Shown here: positions 24,985 through 34,400 of the stretch, piece by piece
Numbering within the stretch: position 1 is the stretch's first letter
How the letters are laid out: every line of letters starts with the position of its first letter
Origin: Candidatus Parcubacteria bacterium
GTDB lineage: Bacteria > Patescibacteriota > Minisyncoccia > Phycocordibacterales > JAKFXT01
Direction: 5' to 3'
Assembly: GCA_021414235.1 (NCBI GenBank)
Contig: JAIOOV010000003.1
Location: forward strand, 103,560-139,390
DNA: 35,831 nt
Program-made: the position numbers and the translations under genes
The notes under the pieces: model-generated
The model's input: the letters and a program-made list of their open reading frames with translations, nothing else
Told to the model about the DNA's origin: nothing
Database searches by the model: none

Positions 24985-25785
24985 ATCCTTTGAAACCCGC
25001 ACAAGCCCCTCCTTGGACAAAGCTTCGAGCACAGCTCCTGTCTCTGCTCTGCTCCGCTTGAGCGGGAGCAGTTTTTTAAAAAGATCGGCTTTCGAGAGAG
25101 ATTTCTGTAAAGCGAGATGCTTGAGAATGGCCCCACGCAGTTCCCTATTCGATCCCTTGAAAGCCGCCTGTTTCTTATGATGTACGCTGCGGCGACTCGG
25201 ATTCGGGAGAATGGATTTCAGATGTGCGCCGTAGTCCATGAGCGCGTAGTACCAGATGCGCGGGTCTTTTTTGTATAGCGTCTGCTCTATGAGTGGCAGG
25301 ATCTCTGTATCCGACACGTCCTTCCTCTCAGCGAAGAAATGATGGAGGTATGCCGTACGGATATTGGTCTCGATAAGGATCTCTGGAGCGCCATACGCAA
25401 AGGCAGCTACTGCAGAGGCGGTATACGGTCCTACCCCAGGAAGCGCTCGTAGCGCCGCAGCATCTTTAGGAAACCCAGCTTTATTCTTCGAAAGAGCGAT
25501 AGCGGCTTCGTGCAGATATTTCGCTCTGCGGTTGTAGCCCAGACCCTGCCAGAGCACGAGCACATCCCGAAGCGGTGCGGCAGCAAGTTTCTGTATCGTG
25601 GGAAACGCCTTGAGAAAGCGCGTGTAATAGCTACGCACACGCTCCACTTGCGTCTGCTGCAGCATGATCTCCGAGAGGAGGATGCGGTACGGATCACGTG
25701 TCTCTCTCCAGGGCAAGACGCGACCGTGCGTGCGAAAATGCGCGAGTACTTTCTTCTGAAACGCTCCTATCTCCCACTTCTCCAT
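24964..25785 (-). CDS. mutY: A/G-specific adenine glycosylase MutY, short form lacking the Fe-S cluster
   Basis: LPWR, SEIMLQQTQV, WQGLGYNRRA, HhH LPGVGPYTA and ETNIR motifs. No Cys motif after ALMDYG. Confidence 0.92.
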   Translation of the reverse strand: MEKWEIGAFQKKVLAHFRTHGRVLPWRETRDPYRILLSEIMLQQTQVERVRSYYTRFLKAFPTIQKLAAAPLRDVLVLWQGLGYNRRAKYLHEAAIALSKNKAGFPKDAAALRALPGVGPYTASAVAAFAYGAPEILIETNIRTAYLHHFFAERKDVSDTEILPLIEQTLYKKDPRIWYYALMDYGAHLKSILPNPSRRSVHHKKQAAFKGSNRELRGAILKHLALQKSLSKADLFKKLLPLKRSRAETGAVLEALSKEGLVRVSKDSLALAS

Positions 25786-25789
25786 GATT

Positions 25790-26557
25790 CTAGCCGAAGC
25801 GCTCCGTGCGGATGAGGTGGGGCGCTGCGCCCTCAGCTACCAGATTACGTGAGACCGCCTCCACGAAGCCGGTAGGTCCACAGATGTAGGTCATGGGCAT
25901 CCCTCCGCTCACCTTGGCCAATACCTCTTGCAGCATCTCGCTATCCACGCGCCGCTTATACCCCACCCAGTCCGATGGCGCTTCGTCAGTGAGAGTGATG
26001 ACTACGGAGAGATTCGGATGCTTACCCATGAGCTCTTCCAGCTCCTCTTTATACAAAACCCGATCCAAGCTGCGCGCACTGATGAGAAAGACGATAGGGC
26101 GCCTTGAAGTATCGGTCAGATGATAGTGCCGCAACATGCTCATGAGCGGCACCATGCCGCTTCCTCCCCCGATGAGTACCAAGGGCCCCGGCATCTCGCT
26201 GGTCCAGATGAAATGGCCCCCAATAGGACCGCGAATCTCGATCTTCCCTCCTTCCTTTAGGTTCCAAAGATACGGCGAAACCTCTCCTTTTTCTAAAAAT
26301 TCTACACCGAGCTCGATCACCCCTTCGCTCTCAGGCGCGGAAGCAGCTGAGTAGCTGCGCTCTGCCTGATAGCCAGTAGCAGAGGTAAGCCTGATATCGT
26401 AGTGCTGCCCCGGAAGGTGTTTGACCCACTCCGGCACTTTGAAGACGAGAGACTTCACGTTCCCCGCAGCGAAACCAAAGCGGACCAAGGTTGCAGCTTG
26501 CCAGAGACGGCGCAAATCAGTCGAAGGTGTAGCGTTGTTCTTGCCAGGGGTCTCCAT
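25790..26557 (-). CDS. FAD/NAD(P)H-binding ferredoxin-reductase-type oxidoreductase
   Basis: HLPGQH, RSYS, GEVS, RGPIGGHF, LIGGGSGMVP, YICGP.GFV and RTERFG motifs. Start moved to ATG 26557. Confidence 0.92.
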   Translation of the reverse strand: METPGKNNATPSTDLRRLWQAATLVRFGFAAGNVKSLVFKVPEWVKHLPGQHYDIRLTSATGYQAERSYSAASAPESEGVIELGVEFLEKGEVSPYLWNLKEGGKIEIRGPIGGHFIWTSEMPGPLVLIGGGSGMVPLMSMLRHYHLTDTSRRPIVFLISARSLDRVLYKEELEELMGKHPNLSVVITLTDEAPSDWVGYKRRVDSEMLQEVLAKVSGGMPMTYICGPTGFVEAVSRNLVAEGAAPHLIRTERFG

Positions 26558-27116
26558 AGTTATGATAGCCGCGCACTTCCCAGAATCCGGGAACGTCGCG
26601 ATCAATGAATTCTATCCTCTTAAGCCACTTCGCGCTCTTCCAGAAGTAGAGATGCGGCACCAGAAGGCGCGCCGGGCCCCCGTGTTCTGCCGAGATATCT
26701 TCTCCTTCGTAGCGCACAGCTACCCAGGCCTTCCCATCCCGCACATCCTCTATCGGCAGGTTGGTGCTGTATCCGTCATGAGAGTACGCGATGACATGCG
26801 TCGCACTCTCGCCCACTCCTGCGCGCTTCATCAACTCATCGAGCGAGACGCCCTCCCACTCCGTATCGAACTTGGACCACTTGGTCACACAATGAATATC
26901 CTTCTTCACCTTTTCTATAGGAAGCTTCAGGAATTCTTCCCAGGAGAACGAGAGCTGGTTCTGGACCAAGCCCGTAATCTCGAGCTTCCATCCCTCGGTC
27001 GTGACTTCCGGAGTAGGCCCGAGCGAGAGCACAGGGAAATCGCGCGTCTCGTACTGCCCCGGCGGGAGACGCTTGTCGCGACCTCGCGTCGGTTCGAAAT
27101 CTTCGTTGATGATCAT
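26517..27116 (-). CDS. Sulfite-oxidase-like molybdopterin oxidoreductase (YuiH-type, no signal peptide)
   Basis: RLPPGQY, DIHCVTKWS (Mo-ligand Cys), HGGPARL, YFWKSAKWL, GFWE..GYH..GDPW.EQRY. Confidence 0.93.
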   Translation of the reverse strand: MIINEDFEPTRGRDKRLPPGQYETRDFPVLSLGPTPEVTTEGWKLEITGLVQNQLSFSWEEFLKLPIEKVKKDIHCVTKWSKFDTEWEGVSLDELMKRAGVGESATHVIAYSHDGYSTNLPIEDVRDGKAWVAVRYEGEDISAEHGGPARLLVPHLYFWKSAKWLKRIEFIDRDVPGFWEVRGYHNYGDPWQEQRYTFD

Positions 27117-27700
27117 TAGTCGCTGAAGGTACGGAAGGTAGAGCGGATGGAGACTCCATCCATGCCGATGACGAGCGGGTTCTTCTTAAGGTCGAAATCC
27201 CGGCTTGCGGTATCCCCATGGAGTATCACGTAATAGGGGTGATTCGCCTCGGTAGAGCGGAGGAGGGATATCTCGCCGAGATGCATCCCCTCTTCGAATC
27301 GCGCCGCACCGAGTACGTTGCCAGGGGTACCATCACGATCTTCGTAGACCGCTACCCAGCCAGGCTGCGAGAGTGTGAGCATAGTCACCTCCACAATGGG
27401 GCCCGCCGGCTGATCATTCACTACGATGACATCCCCGTCCACGGAAATCGGTTCCGGCCGATCATCAGACTCGGAAAGCGGCGAGACGTTCGAGCCAGTC
27501 TCGAGAGGCGCGGAGGTGTTTTCATTCTCGACCATAGGGGTCTCCGAGGCTACCTCACGGCTGCAGGCGATGAAGCTCCCTTCCGTGGTACAGCGCACAC
27601 CCATGGCGTAAGCAACGAGGGCCACGAGTCCAAAGACGACTGCCACCGTACCGAATGTGGCAACCGTCTTCTGCGAAACCGTAAGCGAATTCCAGTTCAT
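27116..27700 (-). CDS. Membrane-anchored beta-rich surface protein
   Basis: N-terminal TM helix, a Cys pair, an acidic linker and a beta domain (VVNDQPAG.IVEV..LTLSQPGWVAVYED...VLGA). TAATG overlap with the next gene. Confidence 0.75.
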   Translation of the reverse strand: MNWNSLTVSQKTVATFGTVAVVFGLVALVAYAMGVRCTTEGSFIACSREVASETPMVENENTSAPLETGSNVSPLSESDDRPEPISVDGDVIVVNDQPAGPIVEVTMLTLSQPGWVAVYEDRDGTPGNVLGAARFEEGMHLGEISLLRSTEANHPYYVILHGDTASRDFDLKKNPLVIGMDGVSIRSTFRTFSD

Positions 27701-27732
27701 ATAAGTTCAGTTTACTACCCCCCTCCAACCCG

Positions 27733-29676
27733 TCAAACCCACGGCTCCCACGGCTCCGGATGAGCATAGATAGCCACCACTTCCCCGCCGAGGATCTCTA
27801 CCGGAGAGGCAGACTGCCGCTCGATCTTGGGGCGGATATCGTGAAGTCCCACGAAGCGGTGCGGCTGATAGCTATCATACGTACCCTGCTGCTCTATGTT
27901 ATTAAAATCATGCGCAAAGTACGGCTCTCCCCAGAACTCATAGATGCGGCGCATCTCCCGCTCCGGGTCCGTGACTAGCTTGTTGTAATCAATGAAGAGG
28001 AGCCGGTCCATGTAGCCGCGCTGCACTGCCTCCTTAGTGGCGTTGTAAGCAATACCGACGGGGCCACCGGGGCCCGCAAAATACTGTGCGCGACTCGCTA
28101 CGTTCGAACCTGCACCCAGCGCTTCATCCGCACCCGTAAGCTCGAGAGGATCCCTATTCCGGAGCTTCTCGAAGGAAGCGAGGATCTCCACCACCGGGCG
28201 CACTGGCACCAGGATCTTGACCTTCCGTCCAAGAAGCTCCTCGAGGAGCGGGATGTGCGAGATCCAGCCACGGCTCTTGTCCACCACTACCGGCTTCCCT
28301 GCAGGAGCATGGTATGAGTTGAGTGCGGAGAGGAGCACGGCGCGCTTGGCTTCCTTGTTAGGAGACTCCATGTGCGAGCCGATCTTGTCCCAGTTGGAAT
28401 AGATACCGGTGAGAATATCGACGAGACCAGAAACCGGCGCACCATGGAGGCGCGGGTTCTGAGAAAGGAGGCTCGTGAGCATGGTAGAGCCGGAGCGCGG
28501 AAGTCCCGCAATGAAGTGGAGCGTATAGGGAGCCGCCACCAGAAGAGAGGAAGAAGGTCCGGGAGCAGCAGGCTCTTTAGGTAGGTAGGAGATATCAGGC
28601 GCGGGCGTGGGAGCAACTGTCGGCATCACCGTCTCAGAGGAAGCGGCACCCACCCGTTCTGAAACCGCTCTGAATACTCTCTGGAGCGGAGCACTCCAAT
28701 CACCGAAGGCTTCCTGTCGGAAGACGCGCACGGATTCGTACCACGGGGAACGCTCGCCAGGCAGCGCCCACATATAGTACGGAAGGATGGGCACGATGAC
28801 CCAGGTCTCCTTGCCCATCCCTGCAGCAAGGTGCGTGATGGAGGTGCAGGAGGTAATGACCAGATCGAGATTAGCAATCGCTCCCGCCGTATCCTCCCAG
28901 GTCTCGAGCTTATCCTTAAGATCAACAACTTCCGGTGGCAACTCGCGCAGATCAGCGTCTCGCTGGAGGCTGTACACTTTCACTCCCGGGATTTGGCTTA
29001 GCGCGATGAGCGGAGAGGGATCAAAGCGACGGTACTGCTCATGCTCAAACTGAGGGTTGCCCGACCAACGGATGCCGATCTTGAGCTCGGGACCGTTGAT
29101 GATCCCCTTCCACTTTTCTGCATAGGCTGGATCAGCGGAGAGATACGACTTACCCGAAAGAGTGCCATAAGTAAGACCAAGGAGTCGCGCTGCGGACATC
29201 GCCGGGACCCAAGAATCGTGTTTGGTATTGCACACATCCTTGTGTTCGATCACCTCTGCTACTCCCTTCACCCGAGAGAAGAGCGGCGCAAGCCCTTTAT
29301 CGCAGGCGACGATGACGCGCGCTCCGCGCTCGGCGAGAAGCGTTGCGAAGCGCACGTTGATCATCTCGTCCCCGAGGCCGCCTTCGCTACGGAGCAGGAT
29401 AGTCTTGCCTGCAGTACCGAGATCCGGATTCCAGATGGGTGTACCGCACGGAAGCGCGGGAGAGCCGAATACTTTTTCAAAGCGTCCGCGATCAAGAAGC
29501 GCCATTCCTCCTTGGAGATCGCCCTGCTGCAGGAGGTGCCAGCCACGGTTGAAGGCTACCCGATTGTTATGCGGCATAGTCTTCTCAAGATGCTGAGCGA
29601 TCTTCCAACCGGTCTCGAAATCCCCGCGCAGATTGGCGCGAAGCTGGGCGACAATGGTCATCTCATGAGGCTCCAT
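27733..29676 (-). CDS. Fusion: short TPR-like helices, GT-B (GT9-like) glycosyltransferase-like domain, Pro-rich linker, PAPS-dependent sulfotransferase
   Basis: LLRSEGGLGDEMINVRF, IGIRWSGNP, WEDTAGAIANLDLVITSCTSITHLAAGMGKETW, WYESVRVFRQ; linker PTVAPTPAP; 5'-PSB loop FIAGLPRSGSTML, VVDKSRGW, ILASFEKL. Start uncertain (TTG 29697, ATG 29676 or ATG 29661). Confidence 0.85.
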   Translation of the reverse strand: MEPHEMTIVAQLRANLRGDFETGWKIAQHLEKTMPHNNRVAFNRGWHLLQQGDLQGGMALLDRGRFEKVFGSPALPCGTPIWNPDLGTAGKTILLRSEGGLGDEMINVRFATLLAERGARVIVACDKGLAPLFSRVKGVAEVIEHKDVCNTKHDSWVPAMSAARLLGLTYGTLSGKSYLSADPAYAEKWKGIINGPELKIGIRWSGNPQFEHEQYRRFDPSPLIALSQIPGVKVYSLQRDADLRELPPEVVDLKDKLETWEDTAGAIANLDLVITSCTSITHLAAGMGKETWVIVPILPYYMWALPGERSPWYESVRVFRQEAFGDWSAPLQRVFRAVSERVGAASSETVMPTVAPTPAPDISYLPKEPAAPGPSSSLLVAAPYTLHFIAGLPRSGSTMLTSLLSQNPRLHGAPVSGLVDILTGIYSNWDKIGSHMESPNKEAKRAVLLSALNSYHAPAGKPVVVDKSRGWISHIPLLEELLGRKVKILVPVRPVVEILASFEKLRNRDPLELTGADEALGAGSNVASRAQYFAGPGGPVGIAYNATKEAVQRGYMDRLLFIDYNKLVTDPEREMRRIYEFWGEPYFAHDFNNIEQQGTYDSYQPHRFVGLHDIRPKIERQSASPVEILGGEVVAIYAHPEPWEPWV

Positions 29677-29747
29677 AGGCAGGAGCAATGGTAACAAAGA
29701 GACCCCCCTCAGGGAACTTGCGGATTTCAGACGTTACGGTATGAAAA

Positions 29748-30140
29748 CTAGCTGCTATTAAGCATCAAAAGATGGGCCCGCCAGGTGGTGCCGCCATCAG
29801 TAGTGGTAAAAGAGAGCACGTCGAGACCGGAGGACGTAAGAGAGGGCGCGGAGCCCGTAAGCCAGGTGGTACCAGAAGGCCAGGCCACCGAGACGGCACC
29901 ACCATTGGTGAGGAGCAGGGTGAGCGTACCAGTCTTCCCCGAGACAGGAGGGTTGGTGATGGAGAGGGTGAGGTTGCCGCTCGCTGTGATCGAAACTACG
30001 TTCCCCAGAGAGAAGTCCATCGCCTGTGAACCCGAGACGGAGCCGCGGGCATTCACTGTAGCGTATTTGACCTTGAGCACCGCGTTGTCGACACGTGCGC
30101 CCCCCAGATCAAATCGGGCAGCAGAGAGTTTGATCGCCAT
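29748..30140 (-). CDS. Small beta-rich protein resembling phage tail-fibre-associated domains
   Basis: TNPPVSG..GTLTLLLTNGG...VAWPSGTTWLTGSAPSLTSSGLDVLSFTTTDGGTTW is a pattern I recognise from phage structural genes. GGAGGT RBS. Confidence 0.65.
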   Translation of the reverse strand: MAIKLSAARFDLGGARVDNAVLKVKYATVNARGSVSGSQAMDFSLGNVVSITASGNLTLSITNPPVSGKTGTLTLLLTNGGAVSVAWPSGTTWLTGSAPSLTSSGLDVLSFTTTDGGTTWRAHLLMLNSS

Positions 30141-30154
30141 TACCTCCGATTATA

Positions 30155-30418
30155 TCAGAACGCGTCCTTATCGATGATAAAAATGGCGTTGCCGTCGCGA
30201 TCCGCGAAGGTGAGGGACTTATTAGTCTCCGTCACCTTGAAATTATTAAAAAGCGCCTCATGGAGCACCTTCTCTCCACTGAAGAGCGAGGTGATGGGAC
30301 CTGCGAACTTACCCAAGGTGAACGCCGCCCCGCCCACAGCCAGGAACTTGAGTACGTTACGGCGAGAGACGTCTATCTTAGACTCGCCTTTGAATAGTGA
30401 AAGAAATTTCTCCTGCAT
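30155..30418 (-). CDS. Small protein with a twin-arginine (Tat) signal
   Basis: SRRNVLK followed by the h-region FLAVGGAAFTLG; short beta-rich mature part. Starts 6 nt after the tatA stop. Confidence 0.8.
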   Translation of the reverse strand: MQEKFLSLFKGESKIDVSRRNVLKFLAVGGAAFTLGKFAGPITSLFSGEKVLHEALFNNFKVTETNKSLTFADRDGNAIFIIDKDAF

Positions 30419-30424
30419 ATGGCT

Positions 30425-30613
30425 CTAGCTCTTGTGGCCAGAAGACTTCTCCGAGTCACGCAGTTCGTCCTCCATCTCCTTCTTCCCCTTCTTGAACTCC
30501 CCGGCCACCTTGCCGAGAGAGCGAGCGAACTCCACCACCTTGCCGCTTCCGAAGAAGAGAAGCGCAAAGACGACGAGGATGACGAGAACTTCAGGTATGC
30601 CTAATCCGAACAT
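30425..30613 (-). CDS. tatA: Twin-arginine translocase TatA
   Basis: MFGLGIPEVLVILVVFALLFFG hinge, then amphipathic helix ARSLGKVAGEFKKG. Confidence 0.93.
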   Translation of the reverse strand: MFGLGIPEVLVILVVFALLFFGSGKVVEFARSLGKVAGEFKKGKKEMEDELRDSEKSSGHKS

Positions 30614-30663
30614 AAAAGTATTACAGCTAGTCTAGCAATTACCCTCCCAGTGTACCACCCACC

Positions 30664-31446
30664 CTATCCCCTACCAACCCGCCTCCTCTCTATGTAATTT
30701 GCCACCAAGAGACCCCCTCCATAGAGCGCCGCCATAGGGAGAGAGAGCATGAGCATGGTGACCCCGCTCCCATCCGGCGTGACGAAGGCGGCAAAGACCA
30801 AGAACCCCAAGAGAGCATGTCGCCACCACGCTCTCCAGAATCCTGCCTGGACCAGGCCGATCCAAGCGAGGAAGACCATCATCACCGGGAGGAGGAACAT
30901 GAGCCCGACCGAGATCATGAGGAAGGCAATAGTAGAGAGGAACTCATCCACCAGGAAGTAGGGCTGTGCGCCGAGTTCCGGAGTAAAGGAGTACAGAATC
31001 TTAAAAGTCGCCGGGATGAGGATATAGTAGGCAAAGGCGGCACCCCCGAGGAAGAGGAGCATCGCGGGCAGCAGTATGACCAAGGCGAAGCGCCGCTCGC
31101 TCTGATGGAGAGCCGGAGAAAGGTAGGCGAGGATGCGATACAGCAGGATCGGAAGAGTGAGAATGAAGGACGCGAGGAGTGCCACCATTACCCGCGTCGC
31201 AAACCCCGCAAAAGGACTGAGCGAGATGAGACGCACTTCCTCGGGAAGGAGATCCTGGCGGATCTGGGCAAATATCTCCACCGCAGCCGGGGTACTCTGG
31301 AGGGAAGGTACCGGAAGGAGCGTGCCCCACATCTGGGTATCCTGGAAACCGAAGGAGAAGAGGAACAGGGCCAAGAATGCAAAAAGGCAGAGCCAGCCGA
31401 TTAACGCCCTAACAAGCAAGGAAAGCTCCCTCAGTACCCCATCCAT
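30664..31446 (-). CDS. tatC: Twin-arginine translocase TatC
   Basis: Six TM helices; LYRILAYLSPALHQSERR loop (Glu retained), FLLPV, WRHA and AAFVTPDG motifs. Adjacent to tatA. Confidence 0.92.
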   Translation of the reverse strand: MDGVLRELSLLVRALIGWLCLFAFLALFLFSFGFQDTQMWGTLLPVPSLQSTPAAVEIFAQIRQDLLPEEVRLISLSPFAGFATRVMVALLASFILTLPILLYRILAYLSPALHQSERRFALVILLPAMLLFLGGAAFAYYILIPATFKILYSFTPELGAQPYFLVDEFLSTIAFLMISVGLMFLLPVMMVFLAWIGLVQAGFWRAWWRHALLGFLVFAAFVTPDGSGVTMLMLSLPMAALYGGGLLVANYIERRRVGRG

Positions 31447-31486
31447 GATGACCGCATACTACTACACTCCCCTCCCTACACCACCC

Positions 31487-34400
31487 CTAGTTTCCCTGGT
31501 CAAAGATCAGGAGGAGGCTTGAAGAAGCATTGTAGAGACCGAGTTCGTTGACCGAGATCTGGCGGAAGCTGAAGCCGTTGCCGAAGGTGACCGCGTTCTC
31601 TACGAAGATGTTACCCGCAGTCGAGGTGGCGGTGAGCGCCGGACAAGAGCCGCCGTCACAGATCCAGAGGTTCTCAGTGACCGCATAGATATCTCCGCCC
31701 GCAGCAGACATGGTCAGGTCGCCCGTACTATCCACCGTGAGCTCAGAGTAGAGAGAGGCGGATTTGGTGAGGCGCAACTGAGGAGCAGCGTTGGCTTCAA
31801 AAACATCGAGTCTGGTAGCAGGGGCGGTAAGACCGAGGCCCACCTTGCCCGCAGGATTGATGATGAAGGAAGTGGCAGTAGAAGAGCCGACTACAAACTG
31901 GTTCGTATCCCCGGCTATTGGGTTCACTGCGAGTTTGGCCCACGGAGTGGTTGTGCCGATACCTACGTGCGCCACATCTACTCCGCTGATACCAGCGTAG
32001 TACATAACGAGCGCCGGAGATGAGCCGATACCGAGGTTGAAGCGAGAGCCAACGGCGGCATAGGCATTCCGTATATTCAAAGTAGTCGCGCCCGAGCGGT
32101 TGTAATCAATATCCGAGTATTCGTTACCCGACGTCTGGCCAAGACGAATGGTGTTACCAGAAGTATTACCAGAATAAATATGGAGGAGTGCGTCAGGCAC
32201 GCCGTTGCCGAGAGCCAGGCCACTACCGATAGCGGTACTTGTAGCAAAGAAGTTATACGCACCCGTATCAGAGGCATAGAACGAGTATGGGGTATTGGTC
32301 TGCGTACCGGTAGTAATATCCCCCACATGTACACCGTACGTATTAGTAATGGTGCCCGCGTTAGACAGGGTATTGACACGCACTCCGTAGGCAGAGGTGA
32401 TAAGATCATTCACCCCCAAGTTGGCTATAGCGGCGCGCACACCTTCCGCAGTAGTCGTGGTCGCACTCTGCAATCCTCCCGAAACACCGTTTGTCGCAGA
32501 ACCAAAAACTCCTAAAAGGGTGGTGGCGGTGGCATTCCCACGATTCAGAGACGTGCCAGTGATTGCAATCGCAGCTGTCAACGCACCAGTTCCGTTATGA
32601 ATGGATTGGAACATACCACCCCGGAGAGAGCCGACAGCAGTCGTATTGGTCGACGGGGTAAACATATCCAATAGAAGAGCCGCATTAGCCGGCGTTGCGG
32701 TGCTGGCAAAATCATTTGACACAGCGATATATTTCGGAGCCTGCAGATACGTAGTATCCGTCAAGGAATAGCTCTCGTAATTCATAACAGAGCGCGTCGT
32801 GCCCTGAGAGTTAATTATCGGCGTAGAAGAGGAGAAGAAGGTGGCCAAAGAAGTGGAAGCAGATACCGTCAGGATGCCACTAGGAGAAGTCGTACCAATA
32901 CCCACCTTCCCTGCGTTATCGATAATAAAGCTGGTTCGGGTCGAAGAACCCACCACAAACTGGTTGGTATCCCCTGCTACTGGGTTTACCGCGAGCTTTG
33001 CCCAGGGAGTGGTGGAGCCAATACCCACAAGACTACCGGAGAGGAAGATGGCGGAGGTGCCAGCCGCCACGTTAGTACCGCTGAAGTACGCCAGTTGACC
33101 AGTCGTACCAGTGAGCGAGGAGCCACCGCCGATACACGATCCATCCAAGCCACGGAAGCAGCCTGCCGCAAGCTGGATGCCGTTTGCGAAGGTGGAGGTG
33201 GCGCCGGTCACATTAAGCGCGGTGGTCTGGATACCTGCGGAGAAGGTGGAAGTAGCTGATGCAACCGAGGTGATTACGCCAGTGTTAGAAATACTAAAGA
33301 GAGAGGTGGTGGCGCCCGCAGTAGAAGAGGCTACGTTAAAGAGAAGAGTGTTGGTGTCCCCATTGAGACCGTGCACAGAGAGCTTGGCTAAAGGAGAAGA
33401 ACTACCCACACCTGTGTTCCCTTGTACGATAAGGCCATTAGTAGGAGGAGTAACAGCAGAGAAGATAGATCCTATAGAAGCACCGGCATACAAATAAAGT
33501 TTGCCCCACGCCGTACCAGAGGCACCCAGGTCATAGCCATTAGTGGTATTAGGAACAAGTGGAGCAGAGAAGCGTAAGTGCGACGGGCCACTAATTAGAA
33601 CCTGGTTCGTATTTGAACCAGCGATGATAAGCGAGGATGTGTTGCCCGGAAAGGCGAAGGTTGCTGTACCTGTATTTGAAATGTTGAACAGTGAAGTAGT
33701 TGCACTTGCAGTAGAGGAGGCAACATCAAATAGAAGCGTATTAGTGTCTCCGTTATTCGCGTGTACCCCAAACTTAGCAAGAGGAGTAGTAGAACCGACG
33801 CCAACATTACCGCCTGTCGGCTGTAATACGAGCGCCAGAGCGGTACCAGCACTATTTACATAAGTAGACTTAAAGTAAGAGTAGGAGGTAGCAGTGGAAC
33901 CAGAATCATAGGTACCCAGATTTGCAGCTGTCCCCGTAAGTCCGTTTGAAATCACCAAACCGCTAGTTATGGAGCCAGACACAGCCGGAATACCACTGCT
34001 GTTTATGTTGAATTTACCAAAGAGAGAGGTGAGGCCAATACCCACCTTACCAGCGTTATCAATCAAGAAACTCGTTGCAGTAGACGACCCGACTACAAAC
34101 TGGTTGGTGTCTCCTGCTACTGGGTTCACTGCGAGTTTGGCCCAAGGAGTGGTGGAACCGATACCGAAAGAACCACTGGCCCTAAGGACCATTTGGTCTG
34201 TTCCCCCTATTCGGAAATTAATTTGCGAGTTTAGGGGTCTGTTGATGTACAAAGTCCCATCGGCAGGGCCGCTATAAAAGTTAGCTTGGGTAGAAGAGAG
34301 AGAGCCGTTTAGAGATATGGCACCATACGTAGTACCGCCACCCCATTCTCCCAGAAGCACGCTTCCAGTATTAGAGCCTTGCACTGCCAATTTTGCAGGG

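Noticed and set aside
26517-27116. Sulfite-oxidase-like enzyme as the Tat substrate (MsrP-like)
   Set aside because: The N-terminus (MIINEDFEPTRGRDKRLPPGQY) has no twin-arginine motif or hydrophobic region, so it looks cytoplasmic.
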